From Candidatus Hydrothermarchaeum profundi (GTDB lineage: Archaea; Hydrothermarchaeota; Hydrothermarchaeia; Hydrothermarchaeales; Hydrothermarchaeaceae), in NCBI GenBank assembly GCA_002011125.2, contig MTMF02000008.1:71019-135018 (forward strand): a DNA stretch of 64,000 nt, given 5' to 3'. The notes under the pieces are model-generated. The model was not told the DNA's origin and searched no databases. It saw nothing but the letters and a program-made list of their open reading frames with translations. The position numbers and the translations under genes were made by a program. This document shows positions 29,655 to 40,451 of this stretch, one piece after another. Within the stretch, counting starts at the first letter, position 1, and the number at the start of each line of letters is the position of its first letter.

Positions 29655-31409
29655 TTACTCTTCTATCCTTTTAAGCTGCGCTTTATACATTTCCACAATT
29701 TCTTCGACAGTAGTACAATCTTCTGGGCTTTTATCTTGACGCCATCTTCCTGTGAATCTTGGAAATCTAATGGCTATTCCAAATCCTTCTTTTACTTCAC
29801 CGTAGGCAGATGTATGAGTAGGGCTTAAAGTAAGCTCGTCTCCTATAATTTCTATGACTAAGGCGGGAGTGAACCATATGTCAGCTTCCATTTGGCTATC
29901 TACTCGCGGATGGACATGCTCTATCTTGTAGGGAGAAAGCATTTCAGGTAACTTTTCAAGATCTTCGTCGGTAAAGCCGGATCCAACTTTGCAGATCGTT
30001 GTGAAAACGTCTCTTTTTCTATTGTAAACAGCTGCAAGAAGGGCTCCGTATACACCTGACCTTCTCCCTCTTCCTGTGAAGGCTCCTACAATAACTGCGT
30101 CTATAGGCTCAATCATCTTAGATTGATATGAGCGCTTTAGTTTTATCCAGAGCCATCCTCTAGCCCCCGCCTGGTAAACTCCTTTTTCAGATTTTAGTAT
30201 TAATCCTTCGCAGCCTGCAGCTATAGCTTTTTCAAAGAATTCTTCTACTTCTTTAGGGTCATCTGTTATTAATGCCTCTGCCAGTCTAAATTCATCTGAT
30301 TCTTTGACAGATTTCTTAAGAGCCTCCCTACGCTCGATGTAGGGCGCTTGAGTTAAGTCTCTCCCATCAATATATAGGGCATCAAACAAGAATAAGTTTA
30401 CAGGGAACTTTTCTGCAGCCTCCTCTATGCCATATTTCCGCCTCCTATGCATTAGTAGCTGGAAGGGGAGGAGTTCCCCGGTTTCGGGGTTAACTGCCAC
30501 AGCTTCGCCTTCAATTATGGCTTCTTTGGCTTTAATATTTTTTTTCGATAATTCAAGTAGGTCAGGGTACTGGGATGTTATATTTTCAAGGCGCCTAGTG
30601 AATAGCGTTACTTCATCGTTATATTTATGGATCTGCACTCTTTCTCCGTCATATTTCCACTCGCATGCAGCTCGTCCACCAAGCTTCTCTAGTATTTCTT
30701 CAGCTGTTGAAAGCCTCTGAGCCAGCATCATTCTTATCGGTCTGCCTACTTTTACATGATATTTCTCAATAGCATCAATGCCGTAGTTTGCGAGGGTCTT
30801 GGCTACATCACCTAAATCAGATGTAAGGTTATATGCCCTCTCTACGGCTTCCCTTTTACCTTTATCTCCTGCAAAGCTGATTGTTAGAGCATCTAGGATA
30901 GTCATATCTGCGATGCCTAGTCTCAACTTACCAGTTACCATTCGGAGAAGATATTTTGCTTCTTTTGGACTAGCATCGCTAAGTAGGCCTGAGAGTAGCT
31001 TCATCTTTAAGTCTTGGCTGCCAGGGCCGGTTGATCTTGCAATCTTGTCCAGCTTATCATATACCTCAGCTATATCTAGTGGCTTAGCGAATAGGGACGC
31101 TTGGGTCTTTCTCTTAGCGAGTTCTTCTGCGGTTAGCCCTAAGTCTCCTTTTTCTCTTAGCACTTTCATTACTTCATCTTGAGATATGCCGTAAGCCTTA
31201 GAAATGGCTTTTACTGCTAGCTTCTCAGCTATTCCAAGATTTACATCTACGAAATCTGGGTAAAGTTTTCCTTGAGTCATATATACAACCTTGTCCAGCA
31301 GTTCAACAGGGGTCCGCCTGAAAAATTCAACTAGGTAGTCAGTCATCTCTAGACGCTTAGTTGTTCCTTCTATTTTCTCATAAACTTCAACTAGTTCTGC
31401 AAATCTCAA
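29655..31409 (-). CDS. lig: ATP-dependent DNA ligase
   Basis: EWKYDGER, EGE, EGLILK, WIKLKRSY, VGSGFTD, IRFPR. Confidence 0.97.
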   Translation of the reverse strand: MRFAELVEVYEKIEGTTKRLEMTDYLVEFFRRTPVELLDKVVYMTQGKLYPDFVDVNLGIAEKLAVKAISKAYGISQDEVMKVLREKGDLGLTAEELAKRKTQASLFAKPLDIAEVYDKLDKIARSTGPGSQDLKMKLLSGLLSDASPKEAKYLLRMVTGKLRLGIADMTILDALTISFAGDKGKREAVERAYNLTSDLGDVAKTLANYGIDAIEKYHVKVGRPIRMMLAQRLSTAEEILEKLGGRAACEWKYDGERVQIHKYNDEVTLFTRRLENITSQYPDLLELSKKNIKAKEAIIEGEAVAVNPETGELLPFQLLMHRRRKYGIEEAAEKFPVNLFLFDALYIDGRDLTQAPYIERREALKKSVKESDEFRLAEALITDDPKEVEEFFEKAIAAGCEGLILKSEKGVYQAGARGWLWIKLKRSYQSKMIEPIDAVIVGAFTGRGRRSGVYGALLAAVYNRKRDVFTTICKVGSGFTDEDLEKLPEMLSPYKIEHVHPRVDSQMEADIWFTPALVIEIIGDELTLSPTHTSAYGEVKEGFGIAIRFPRFTGRWRQDKSPEDCTTVEEIVEMYKAQLKRIEE

Positions 31410-32080
31410 TTTTTCACCCTAATTACTCTTTTTGGAGTTGTAATTATATCAACTTCTTGGTCGTGCGGTTCCCATGGAATCTTCTTCACTATTTGAAGCT
31501 CATGAACTGTAGTAGCTACTGGTATATTGCCGTACTTCTCTTTTATCATAGCGATTTCTCTATCACCATATCCTCCTCCTTTTCCAAGCCTCCTACCTTT
31601 AAGGTCTACTGCTACACATCCTGTGACTATCAAATCTACCGGTGGAAGCTCTTTTATTTTTTCTCCAAGCTTAAATGCGCCCCTTATGGTTGATGCAAAC
31701 TCTTCTTTTCCTCCGACCCTCTCAGGCTCTATTTTTAAATAGCCCTCCTTCAATTTAGGCGTTGCCATAAGCAATGTCTTTTTATCTTTTAATGCCAATT
31801 CTCTGACTTTCTTCTGGGCGTAGTCAGGGTTAGCAACAATAACCTCGGATTCCTCCCATTCCCCAATTGATGCTAGCATTTTCGCAGCTTTACCGCTACC
31901 TTCAAAGTTAGGTATTCTTCCTCTGACCGGCAGAGGGAACCTTGCAACTCCTTTCTTTTCAAGGGTTTCCCAGATTTTTTCTCTGAGTTTTTGTTTTTCT
32001 TCCAACTTTCTTTTTCCTTTTGCCTGTAGTCTCTTAAAAAATCTATTAGCATCACTTAAAAACATTATGGAGTTTTTCAA
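31406..32080 (-). CDS. 5-formyltetrahydrofolate cyclo-ligase family (true start may be TTG 32005)
   Basis: RIPNFEG, TPKL, RLGKGGGYGDRE, EPHDQEVDIITTP. Confidence 0.85.
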   Translation of the reverse strand: MKNSIMFLSDANRFFKRLQAKGKRKLEEKQKLREKIWETLEKKGVARFPLPVRGRIPNFEGSGKAAKMLASIGEWEESEVIVANPDYAQKKVRELALKDKKTLLMATPKLKEGYLKIEPERVGGKEEFASTIRGAFKLGEKIKELPPVDLIVTGCVAVDLKGRRLGKGGGYGDREIAMIKEKYGNIPVATTVHELQIVKKIPWEPHDQEVDIITTPKRVIRVKN

Positions 32081-32148
32081 ATATTAGAAAAGCAGTCACT
32101 AACCATTATCCAAAATATTATATCTAATGGCATAAGAACCATTACACT

Positions 32149-33345
32149 ATGGTGAGATATCCAGATCGTAGAGGAAGATTCGGGCCTTATGGTGGGCGGT
32201 ATATACCTGAAGTACTAATGCCCGCTGTGGTTGAATTAGCAAGGGAATATGCAGAGGCAAAAAAGGATAAAAAATTTCAGGATAAGCTCAAATATTACTT
32301 AAAGGAATACGCGGGTAGACCGACACCTCTAACATACTGTGAAAATCTCAGTAGAGAGGTAGGAGTTAAAATCTATTTAAAAAGAGAAGATTTAGCGCAT
32401 ACAGGGGCTCATAAAATAAATAATACCCTTGGACAAGCTCTACTAGCTAAGCGTATGGGGAAGAAAAGAATAATAGCGGAAACAGGTGCAGGGCAGCATG
32501 GTGTAGCTACAGCTACAGCAGCTGCAGCAGTAGGTCTAGAGTGTGAAATATATATGGGCACCGAGGATATGGAAAGGCAAAAAATGAATGTTTTTAGAAT
32601 GCGGCTTTTAGGTGCTGAAGTTACGCCTGTTAAATCTGGTTCAAGGACGTTAAAGGATGCTATAAACGAGGCCCTTCGAGACTGGCTTACAAATGTAGAG
32701 ACTACCCATTATTTGTTAGGGTCCGTGCTGGGTCCTCACCCCTACCCCATGATGATTAGAGATTTTCAAAGGGTAATAGGGAAGGAGGCGAAGAAACAAA
32801 TCTTAAAGAAAGAAGGACGTTTGCCGAATTTCATAGTCGCTTGTGTTGGTGGAGGAAGCAATGCTATTGGGATATTTTATGATTTCTTAAAGTATAAAGA
32901 AGTTAAATTAGTTGGAGTTGAGGCTGGAGGGGAAGGAATTACAACTGGAAAGCATGCGGCGAGATTTGCATCCAATAAAAATGGTAGGAAGGGTGTTTTA
33001 CATGGAACTTTAACTTATGTATTACAGGATAAATATGGCCAAATTTTACCTACGCACAGTGTTTCTGCAGGACTAGACTATCCGGCAGTAGGCCCTGAGC
33101 ATTCTTGGTTAAGAGAGATAGGGAGAACAGAGTATCACTACGCTACCGATGCTGAGGCATTAGGGGCATTCCATATTCTCTCAGAAAAAGAAGGCATAAT
33201 TCCGGCGCTTGAGTCTGCGCATGCTGTTGCATGGGTTTTAAAAAACAAAAATAAATTTAACAAGGAGGATATCATACTCATCAATCTATCGGGAAGAGGC
33301 GACAAGGACGTTGAGGCAGTAGCTAAGCGAGAAGGAGTACTTTAA
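32149..33345 (+). CDS. trpB: Tryptophan synthase beta chain
   Basis: [46 protein letters not shown]. Confidence 0.97.
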   Translation: MVRYPDRRGRFGPYGGRYIPEVLMPAVVELAREYAEAKKDKKFQDKLKYYLKEYAGRPTPLTYCENLSREVGVKIYLKREDLAHTGAHKINNTLGQALLAKRMGKKRIIAETGAGQHGVATATAAAAVGLECEIYMGTEDMERQKMNVFRMRLLGAEVTPVKSGSRTLKDAINEALRDWLTNVETTHYLLGSVLGPHPYPMMIRDFQRVIGKEAKKQILKKEGRLPNFIVACVGGGSNAIGIFYDFLKYKEVKLVGVEAGGEGITTGKHAARFASNKNGRKGVLHGTLTYVLQDKYGQILPTHSVSAGLDYPAVGPEHSWLREIGRTEYHYATDAEALGAFHILSEKEGIIPALESAHAVAWVLKNKNKFNKEDIILINLSGRGDKDVEAVAKREGVL

Positions 33346-33376
33346 TCATATGATTGTTTAGTATTTTAAGAAAGAG

Positions 33377-34123
33377 ATGTATTTTGAAGTTGCTCCAACA
33401 GCGGAATCTGCTAAAAAATTTTTAGAAGAGCAGAGCCCAAAGTCGATGATCCTTATAATCGGAGATTGTAGAGTAAAGTACCGGGGGAGGGCAAAGTCGT
33501 TTCTAGATTTTGGAGAAAGACTCGTAGTAATTAAAAGAGATAAATCGATTATGGTTCAGCGAGATACAAAGTGTGAGCCAGTTAACTGGCAGCCTCCTGG
33601 AAGTGTGATTGAATACGGCTGTAATGATGAATTTCTAGTGATCTACGCATTCAGAAATAACCCTCCTGAAAAAATGAGGATTGAGTTTAGAAAGATAAAA
33701 ATGGTTTTATCTACCGTGCTACAGGATTATGCTCCCCTAAATGTTGTAGGTATGGAAACGTCATATGTAGGGAAGATAATGGAAGACCCAGCGATAATAG
33801 AGGAGGGATTCCACATTTATAAAAAGGAAAAAAGAACAGCGTCAGGTTCTATTGACATCTACGGTGTTGATAGCAAGGGAGTCCCTGTTATTGTTGAAGT
33901 AAAACGCAGTCAAGTCACTCCCTTGGCGGTCACCCAGCTAGAAGCGTACGTACTTGACCTAAAAAGAAAAAACCCTGAAGTTGAAGTGAGAGGTATACTG
34001 GTTGCTCCGCGCATTCCAAAGATGGTCAAGAACTTGCTAAGAGAGAAAGGACTTGAGTTTAAGGAAGTCGGATGGGAGTTTGAACTGCCGGATGAGAAGC
34101 AAAAAAGTTTATTAGAGTTTTAG
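33377..34123 (+). CDS. nucS: Endonuclease NucS/EndoMS
   Basis: CRVKYRGRA, PVNWQP, GSIDIYG, VEVKR, QLEAY, GILVAP. Confidence 0.92.
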   Translation: MYFEVAPTAESAKKFLEEQSPKSMILIIGDCRVKYRGRAKSFLDFGERLVVIKRDKSIMVQRDTKCEPVNWQPPGSVIEYGCNDEFLVIYAFRNNPPEKMRIEFRKIKMVLSTVLQDYAPLNVVGMETSYVGKIMEDPAIIEEGFHIYKKEKRTASGSIDIYGVDSKGVPVIVEVKRSQVTPLAVTQLEAYVLDLKRKNPEVEVRGILVAPRIPKMVKNLLREKGLEFKEVGWEFELPDEKQKSLLEF

Positions 34124-34165
34124 ATTATTCTATATAGGAGTATCTGAAGTATTGGAGGTATAGAG

Positions 34166-34462
34166 GTGAAGCCTAAGAAGAAAATATTTGACCTTTTTAA
34201 AATATTGCCAGAGAGGTCGGATGAGCCTGAGGTGCCTCTGGAGACTCGGAGATTATTAATAGATATGGCAAGAGAAGGCAAGCTCTCTCAGGATGAGATG
34301 GAGTATCTCAAGAAAAGAGGCATCATAGAGGATTTCCCTAAACCAGAATATACAGAGACAAGAGAGAAAAAAAACCTTACCTCTGAGGAGATAGAGGATA
34401 TAAAAAAGAGACTGGACTTTTTGGAGTCAGAGATCCGCAGGATAAGAAGACTTCTCGGGTAA
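34166..34462 (+). CDS. Hypothetical protein with C-terminal coiled coil
   Basis: GGAGGT SD; charged heptads. Confidence 0.6.
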   Translation: MKPKKKIFDLFKILPERSDEPEVPLETRRLLIDMAREGKLSQDEMEYLKKRGIIEDFPKPEYTETREKKNLTSEEIEDIKKRLDFLESEIRRIRRLLG

Positions 34463-34475
34463 ATAGAAATTAATA

Positions 34476-34550
34476 GCAAAGGCAGGTTTTTTTGGATGAG
34501 GCGACATGCAAGTTATGTTCTTCTGCAGATAGCCGTCCCACCTTTGCCGG
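34476..34550 (-). ncRNA. Candidate small structured RNA
   Basis: GC-rich intergenic long hairpin GCAAAGG...CCTTTGC; TATTTATA ~26 nt upstream on the minus strand. Confidence 0.3.
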
Positions 34551-34645
34551 TTTATTATAGATGATTTTCTAATATAAATAGTTTTGTATTTTAATGCACA
34601 ACTTGCTAACTATTGGGGGGACTATTTTGTAGGCGTTACAGTTAA

Positions 34646-35617
34646 ATGGAGGAAAGCTTAAACAACCATTTGATGGCAGAGGACTATGATCTAATAGTAG
34701 TTGGTTCTGGTCCAGCAGGTTTAAGCGGAGCTATATTTGCGGCTCAGCGAGGACTGAAAGTATTAATATTTGAAAGTGGAAGCGTTGGTGGAGCGATGTC
34801 GAGTATTTATCCTAATAAAATAATCCCAAATTACCCTGGGTATTCTAATAAGATAACTGGGAGAGAATTAGCGAATTTGTTTGTTGAGGAGGCAAAGGGA
34901 CTTGGAGTTGAGATTAGGAATGAACGGGTATTAGAGATCTCTGTAAATAAAATAGTTAAAACCGGGGATGGAGAATATGAGGCTAAAGCTGTATTAATTG
35001 CTACCGGTTCTCGGCCAAGGGAGCTTGGTATACCTGGTGAAGCCGATTATAATTACGCGGATAGAGGAGTATATTATTTCTCTAAGGAACTAGAGAAATT
35101 TAGGGATAAAAGAGTCCTAATAGTAGGAGGGGGGGATAGTGCTGTAGATGCAGCCCTTGAATTAGTAGAGGTTGCGGCTAAAGTTGTCCTTATACACCGC
35201 AGAGGTAATTTCAGGGCAGTTGATAAGAATGTCCAGAAATTGAAAAAGACTGATGTGGAGATAAGGATGAACACTGAGCTTAGGGAAATAAAAGGCGATG
35301 ATGAAAGGGTAAGGAAAGTTGTAATTTTTAATAATAGCTCTAATGATCGATGGGAATTAGAGATCGATTCGGTCATTCTCGCCGTAGGGATGACGCCAAA
35401 CACTGAGATATTCCAGAAACTTGGTTTAGATTTAGACAGCGAAGGCAGGATAGTTGTGGATTCTGGGCAGCGTACAAATATAGAAGGGATATATGCGGCA
35501 GGTGATATTGTTTCAGGGACAGGTAAATTAGAATTGATAGTTGTCGCTGTAGCGCAGGGGGCTATCGCAGCGCATAATATTTACATGGATATTTACCAGC
35601 CATATTGGATGGAGTGA
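34646..35617 (+). CDS. TrxR-like ferredoxin-NADP(+) reductase (no CxxC)
   Basis: GSGPAG, YPNKII, GVYYF in place of CxxC, GGGDSAVD, YAAGD. Confidence 0.8.
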   Translation: MEESLNNHLMAEDYDLIVVGSGPAGLSGAIFAAQRGLKVLIFESGSVGGAMSSIYPNKIIPNYPGYSNKITGRELANLFVEEAKGLGVEIRNERVLEISVNKIVKTGDGEYEAKAVLIATGSRPRELGIPGEADYNYADRGVYYFSKELEKFRDKRVLIVGGGDSAVDAALELVEVAAKVVLIHRRGNFRAVDKNVQKLKKTDVEIRMNTELREIKGDDERVRKVVIFNNSSNDRWELEIDSVILAVGMTPNTEIFQKLGLDLDSEGRIVVDSGQRTNIEGIYAAGDIVSGTGKLELIVVAVAQGAIAAHNIYMDIYQPYWME

Positions 35618-35643
35618 ACTTATCTAAGCGAGCGGGAATTATC

Positions 35644-36036
35644 ATGATAGAGAAAGAAATCCTTGAGAAATATAGAACGATTGCAGTTGTGGGATGTTCT
35701 AGAGATCCTAATAAACCAGCGCATTATGTTCCAAGATATCTCAAAGAGCATGGGTATAGGATAATTCCAATAAATCCCTTCGCTGAAGAAGTTTTAGGTG
35801 AAAAAGCGTACCCCTCGCTTTTGGATGTCCCAGGGGATATAGAGGTCGTAGAAGTTTTCAGGCCAAATAAAGAGGCACAAGAGATTGTAAAGATGGCAGT
35901 GGAAAAAGGAGCAAAAGCTGTATGGCTTCAAGAGGGCATTGTTAGCCTGGAGGCATCTCGGATGGCAAGAGAGGCAGGAATAAAGTTTGTTATGGATAAG
36001 TGCATGATGAAAGAGCATATGAGGTATTTCAAATAG
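35644..36036 (+). CDS. CoA-binding protein (YccU-like)
   Basis: IAVVGCS, IPINP, VFRP, WLQEG, MDKC. Confidence 0.88.
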   Translation: MIEKEILEKYRTIAVVGCSRDPNKPAHYVPRYLKEHGYRIIPINPFAEEVLGEKAYPSLLDVPGDIEVVEVFRPNKEAQEIVKMAVEKGAKAVWLQEGIVSLEASRMAREAGIKFVMDKCMMKEHMRYFK

Positions 36037-36075
36037 CTTATGTTTAGGTTGTAAGAGCTATCAGGAGGTTTTAAC

Positions 36076-37266
36076 TTGGAATTAACAAACAGCGGGGTAA
36101 ATGTTAGAGGCTTCAGCTGTGCGGGTTGGAGGAAAGGTAAATACGGAGTAGCTATGGTATTAAGCGATGTTGAAGTGAACTGTGCGATATCTGTTACATC
36201 TAATAGAGTGAAGGCTGCTCCTTTACTCGTATCTCTTGATCATGTAAAAATGGGAAAGATTAGAGGAGTAGTTGCGAACTCGGGAAATGCCAACGCATAT
36301 ACTGGTGTAGGAGGCGTTCAGGATGCTAAGGAAATGTGCGCCTTTGCTGCAGGAAAGCTTAGACTAGCGGCCGAGAATTTTCTTGTGGCCTCTACAGGCA
36401 TTATTGGCCGTAGACTTGATATGGACATAGTAAAGGAAGGAATTAATTTTGTTTCTGAAAATCTCAGCTCATCTTCCAAGGCATCCCTCGAAGCGGCGAA
36501 GGCTATAATGACGACAGATACGACTCCTAAAATGATTTCTGTAAAAACTTCCCTCAAAGATGGTACGACTGTGGAGATCGGAGCTATAGCTAAGGGCTCA
36601 GGTATGATCGCTCCGAAACTGCATGCTACGATGCTATGCTTTATTACCACAGATGCATACGTACCCAAGGATAAAATAAAAAAGATCCTTGCAAATTCTA
36701 TCGACCAAAGCTTTAACATGACAGTTGTCGATGGGGATACCAGCACCAATGATTTCGTTGCTCTATTAGCAAATGGCATGGCTGGAAATAAAGATGTAGA
36801 CGATAATTTTGTAGAAGCATTGAACTTTGTAACAAGAGAGATCGCTAAAAAAATCGCTAGAGATGGCGAGGGAGCCACTAAGACAATCAAAGTCAAAATA
36901 TTGAAAGCGGCAAATTTGGAAGATGCTAGAAAGGCCGCTAGAACAGTAGTAGGATCAAATCTTGTTAAGGCATCCATATATGGTGAGGACTTGAATTGGG
37001 GGAGGATAATAGCTGCCCTTGGATACTGTGGAGCGGAGTTTGAACCTGAAAAACTTAGTATCAGTATAAACGGCTTTCGGTTAGTAGATAAAGGGAGAGT
37101 ATTGGCAATACCGGGTACACAAGAATTTGATAAAGCTAAAAAATCTCTTAAAAAATCAGAAGTTGAGATATCAGTTGAATTAAACTCAGGAAATGCAAGT
37201 GCAACAGCTTATGGATGTGATTTAACCCCAGAATATGTAAAAATAAATTCAGGATACACTACTTAA
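36076..37266 (+). CDS. argJ: Ornithine acetyltransferase / N-acetylglutamate synthase
   Basis: NSGNANA, STGIIG, IMTTDT, KGSGMIAP..ATML, DTSTND, DGEGATK. Confidence 0.95.
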   Translation: MELTNSGVNVRGFSCAGWRKGKYGVAMVLSDVEVNCAISVTSNRVKAAPLLVSLDHVKMGKIRGVVANSGNANAYTGVGGVQDAKEMCAFAAGKLRLAAENFLVASTGIIGRRLDMDIVKEGINFVSENLSSSSKASLEAAKAIMTTDTTPKMISVKTSLKDGTTVEIGAIAKGSGMIAPKLHATMLCFITTDAYVPKDKIKKILANSIDQSFNMTVVDGDTSTNDFVALLANGMAGNKDVDDNFVEALNFVTREIAKKIARDGEGATKTIKVKILKAANLEDARKAARTVVGSNLVKASIYGEDLNWGRIIAALGYCGAEFEPEKLSISINGFRLVDKGRVLAIPGTQEFDKAKKSLKKSEVEISVELNSGNASATAYGCDLTPEYVKINSGYTT

Positions 37267-37360
37267 GGGGAGATTGACATATCCAATTCATCTTTAGCCT
37301 ATGTACAGTAGCTGATGAATAAAAAGCTATATATCTCTCGGGAATTCTAAGTGTAGGTTC

Positions 37361-38239
37361 ATGAATCGTGCAGAGGTTTTAGCGGAGGCTCTCCCTTATA
37401 TAGAGAAGTTCAGAGGATCTTATATTGTTATCAAGTATGGCGGGCATGCCATGTTAGATGAGAGGGCCAAGGACTGGACCATAAAAGACACTATTCTTCT
37501 AAAATACGTTGGCATGAAGCCTGTAATCGTCCATGGTGGTGGTCCGGAGATATCAGTTGCTATGGAGAAAATGGGCAAAAAACCCAAGTTTATTGAGGGA
37601 CTGAGAGTAACCGATGAAGAGACATTGGACATCGCTAAAATGGTGCTGGTAGGTAAGATTAACACCGATATTGTTTCTCGAATAAATAGTATGGGCTGTA
37701 AAGCAATTGGTTTATCAGGTAAAGACGGAGGCCTGATTATAGCGAAAAAACGTCCTCCTCAGAAGATAGTTAGTGAAGGGGTGGAAAAGGAAGTAGATCT
37801 AGGACTAGTAGGCGAGACTGAGGAAATAAATCCTGAGATAATACGCATTCTTACAGATAGTGATTATATCCCTGTTATCTCGCCTATAGGTTTATCCCGG
37901 GAAGGTGCCAGCCTTAATTTAAATGCAGATACAGTTGCAGGTGACATAGCAAGCGCTATTGGAGCAAAAAAATTGGTCATTCTCACAGATGTCCCCGGAG
38001 TTATGATGGATGTTAATGATAGAGGTACTCTTATAAAAGTGCTTAAGACTTCTCGGATACCTGTTTTGATTAAAAGAGGAGTGATTAAAGGCTCAATGGT
38101 GCCAAAAGTAGAGGCATGCAAAAAATCTGTTTGGGCGGGAGTAGATAAAGCCCATATAATAGATGGTAGGGTAGAGCATGCTATTCTCCTTGAGCTTTTC
38201 ACCGAGGAAGGGATGGGCACGATGGTAGAGAGAGGATAG
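37361..38239 (+). CDS. argB: Acetylglutamate kinase
   Basis: IKYGGHAM, VHGGGP, GLRVTD, NLNAD, MVPK. Confidence 0.96.
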   Translation: MNRAEVLAEALPYIEKFRGSYIVIKYGGHAMLDERAKDWTIKDTILLKYVGMKPVIVHGGGPEISVAMEKMGKKPKFIEGLRVTDEETLDIAKMVLVGKINTDIVSRINSMGCKAIGLSGKDGGLIIAKKRPPQKIVSEGVEKEVDLGLVGETEEINPEIIRILTDSDYIPVISPIGLSREGASLNLNADTVAGDIASAIGAKKLVILTDVPGVMMDVNDRGTLIKVLKTSRIPVLIKRGVIKGSMVPKVEACKKSVWAGVDKAHIIDGRVEHAILLELFTEEGMGTMVERG

Positions 38240-38316
38240 TGTGATAGAAGCCCTTAGAAAAAGAATTATAAAATGCAATTTTAAATGGGGAGTGCTTACG
38301 ATAGCCTATCAAATAT

Positions 38317-38829
38317 CTAAAACTCTTCATAGTGTACTTTTTCTTTACTAAACTCTTCCTTAGAATGGGCTGCTTTTTTCTCAGCCGGTCTGCCTATTGA
38401 GAGAAGGCAGAGAACTCTATAATTCTCAGGTATTTTGAGAATTTCTTTTACATATTCTTCAGCATCTCGTCCCTCTAGCTCGCTCTCATAAATTTGAATC
38501 CAGCAACCACCTAATCCCAGGTCGACTGCTTGTAATAGTATATGCTCTGCGGCAATACTGCAGTCTTCAACCCATCTTTTAGCTAGCTTCATGTCAGCGC
38601 AGACAGCTATAACAAGCGGAGCCTTAGCTGCAGGGCCAGAGTAAGGCGTGGCCTTTGATAGTTTTTCTTTTTTATCCGGATCTCTAACGACTATAAAATG
38701 CCATGGTCTCGAATTAAAGGAAGAGGGGGAATACATGGCCGCCTCTAACAGAGCATTTACTTCTTCTTCAGTGACTTCATCGGGGCTATACTTCCGAATA
38801 GACCTCCTCTCAATTATGGATTTAATCAT
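38317..38829 (-). CDS. Nitroreductase family protein
   Basis: RRSIRKY, SPSSFNSRPW, GLGGCW. Confidence 0.9.
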   Translation of the reverse strand: MIKSIIERRSIRKYSPDEVTEEEVNALLEAAMYSPSSFNSRPWHFIVVRDPDKKEKLSKATPYSGPAAKAPLVIAVCADMKLAKRWVEDCSIAAEHILLQAVDLGLGGCWIQIYESELEGRDAEEYVKEILKIPENYRVLCLLSIGRPAEKKAAHSKEEFSKEKVHYEEF

Positions 38830-38864
38830 AAATCCACATTCTATCTAAAAGGTATTAAATTTTA

Positions 38865-38984
38865 TTATGAAAGGAGATACAATACCGCCACTATTGAAAT
38901 GCCCATAAACAATAGTGACATCACTATTAGGCCCACAGCGGCTCCCATAAACCACTTGAAATCGCCTTTAGTTTCATAACGCAT
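38865..38984 (-). CDS. 39-aa single-TM small protein
   Basis: MRYETKGDFKWFMGAAVGLIVMSLLFMGISIVAVLYLLS; SD GGAGGT. Confidence 0.5.
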   Translation of the reverse strand: MRYETKGDFKWFMGAAVGLIVMSLLFMGISIVAVLYLLS

Positions 38985-39156
38985 TTATCAAACCTCCACT
39001 TTCTTTGTGTTCTATAAGTTATACATTTTTCCAACAATATAAAAATTTTTTGGATAAAATTCTCAAAAACAATAAAAATATTAAATTTCAATTCAATAAA
39101 ATTTTATAAAAATAGAATTAAAACTCAATCGATATACTTCAAGAAATGGTGATAAA

Positions 39157-39231
39157 TGCAGCCTGGGGGATTCGAACCCCCGTCAGTGGCTTGGAAGGCC
39201 ACGGTCCTAGGCCAGACTAGACTAAGGCTGC
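39157..39231 (-). tRNA. tRNA-Gly(TCC)
   Basis: GCAGCCT acceptor, GTGGC-CTTCCAA-GCCAC anticodon arm, GTTCGAATC T-loop. Confidence 0.95.
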
Positions 39232-40451
39232 ATTTTCCTTTTTTTAAGTTCTTCTGCTAATCTCGGTAGAAATATCCCCACGTCTGTAACAATTCCTAAA
39301 GCTTGCGCAGTTCCTCTATCTGTGAGCTTAGTTACCGTAGCGGGGTTTATATCAACACAGATGGTTTTAACGTAAGAGGGCAAAAGATTGCCCACCGCTA
39401 TAGAGTGAAGCATAGTGGAAAGCATTAGTACGATACCCACACCTCTAAGATTCTCAAGCATAGCTTTTTGAGCTTCTACAGCATCAGTAATCACTTCAGG
39501 CAATGGACCGTCGTCTCTAATAGAACCTGCGAGTATAAATGGGACATTGTTTTTTATACATTCATACATTACTCCCCCTCTCAATTTCTTCATTTTAACC
39601 AAGTTTTTAATTGATCCAGCACGGAGTACTTCGTTGATAGCGTAGAGGTGGTTTCTATGCCCTCCTTCCGTAGGTCTGCCTGTTTTAATATCCACTCCCA
39701 AAGATGAGCCATAAAGCTGATTTTCTATATCGTGTACTGGGAGAGCGTTTCCGGCAAAAAGTACATCTACGAATCCTTCTCTTATCATACTTGCTAAGGC
39801 ATCACCAGCGCCTGTATGGATGACTGCGGGTCCAGCAACTACTAATACTTTTTTTCTCTGAGATTTTGTTGCAAGGATCTCATCAGCTATCTTGGAAACT
39901 AATGATGGAGTAGGCTTTTCAGACGACACAGTACTCTTCATAAACTCGAATATCGTATATCCCCTCGGTCTTGCAGGTGGCTCAACTCGTATTCCTTTAT
40001 TTCCTACAATGATTAAGTCTCCTTTTTTCACGGTATTTATTTTCCTACAATATGCCCTCTTATTCTCTAGGTCCACTACGATTACCGAGTCCATCTTTAT
40101 ATCTTCTACCTCTATCCACTCTCCATCGATTCTTACATAGGTAGGGTGGTTAGTGGTCGAGTAGAAGTTTCTGGGAAGAGTCTTGTCCTTTGGGGCTTCT
40201 TGGAGTTCAGCTTCCTCGACCTCAGGGACCCTAGCTCCTATCTGATGAAGAGTACTTAAAATAACATCCAAGTGTTTTCTATTCTTGCCTTTAACCAATA
40301 TACGCGCATAGCTTGGATCAGTTTTATGCTTCCCTATCTCAAATTGCAATACGTCAAAGTCTCCCCCAAGGTCCATTATAGTGTCAAAAACCTTTGGCAA
40401 TATGAAGGAGTCAATTATATGGCCCTTTAATTCTATTTCTCGGACATTCAT
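39222..40451 (-). CDS. TIGR00300 / LOR-SDH family protein (ArgZ-type ornithine cyclodeaminase)
   Basis: GHIIDS, FYSTTNHPT, FEFM..VSSEK, GPAVIHTG, AGSIRDDGPLP, LHSIAVGN. Confidence 0.85.
   Translation of the reverse strand: MNVREIELKGHIIDSFILPKVFDTIMDLGGDFDVLQFEIGKHKTDPSYARILVKGKNRKHLDVILSTLHQIGARVPEVEEAELQEAPKDKTLPRNFYSTTNHPTYVRIDGEWIEVEDIKMDSVIVVDLENKRAYCRKINTVKKGDLIIVGNKGIRVEPPARPRGYTIFEFMKSTVSSEKPTPSLVSKIADEILATKSQRKKVLVVAGPAVIHTGAGDALASMIREGFVDVLFAGNALPVHDIENQLYGSSLGVDIKTGRPTEGGHRNHLYAINEVLRAGSIKNLVKMKKLRGGVMYECIKNNVPFILAGSIRDDGPLPEVITDAVEAQKAMLENLRGVGIVLMLSTMLHSIAVGNLLPSYVKTICVDINPATVTKLTDRGTAQALGIVTDVGIFLPRLAEELKKRKMQP

Noticed and set aside
5322-38848. Many S/I/F-rich antisense ORFs in the track (e.g. 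5640-6191, 36318-36977)
   Set aside because: Shadows of well-supported genes on the other strand
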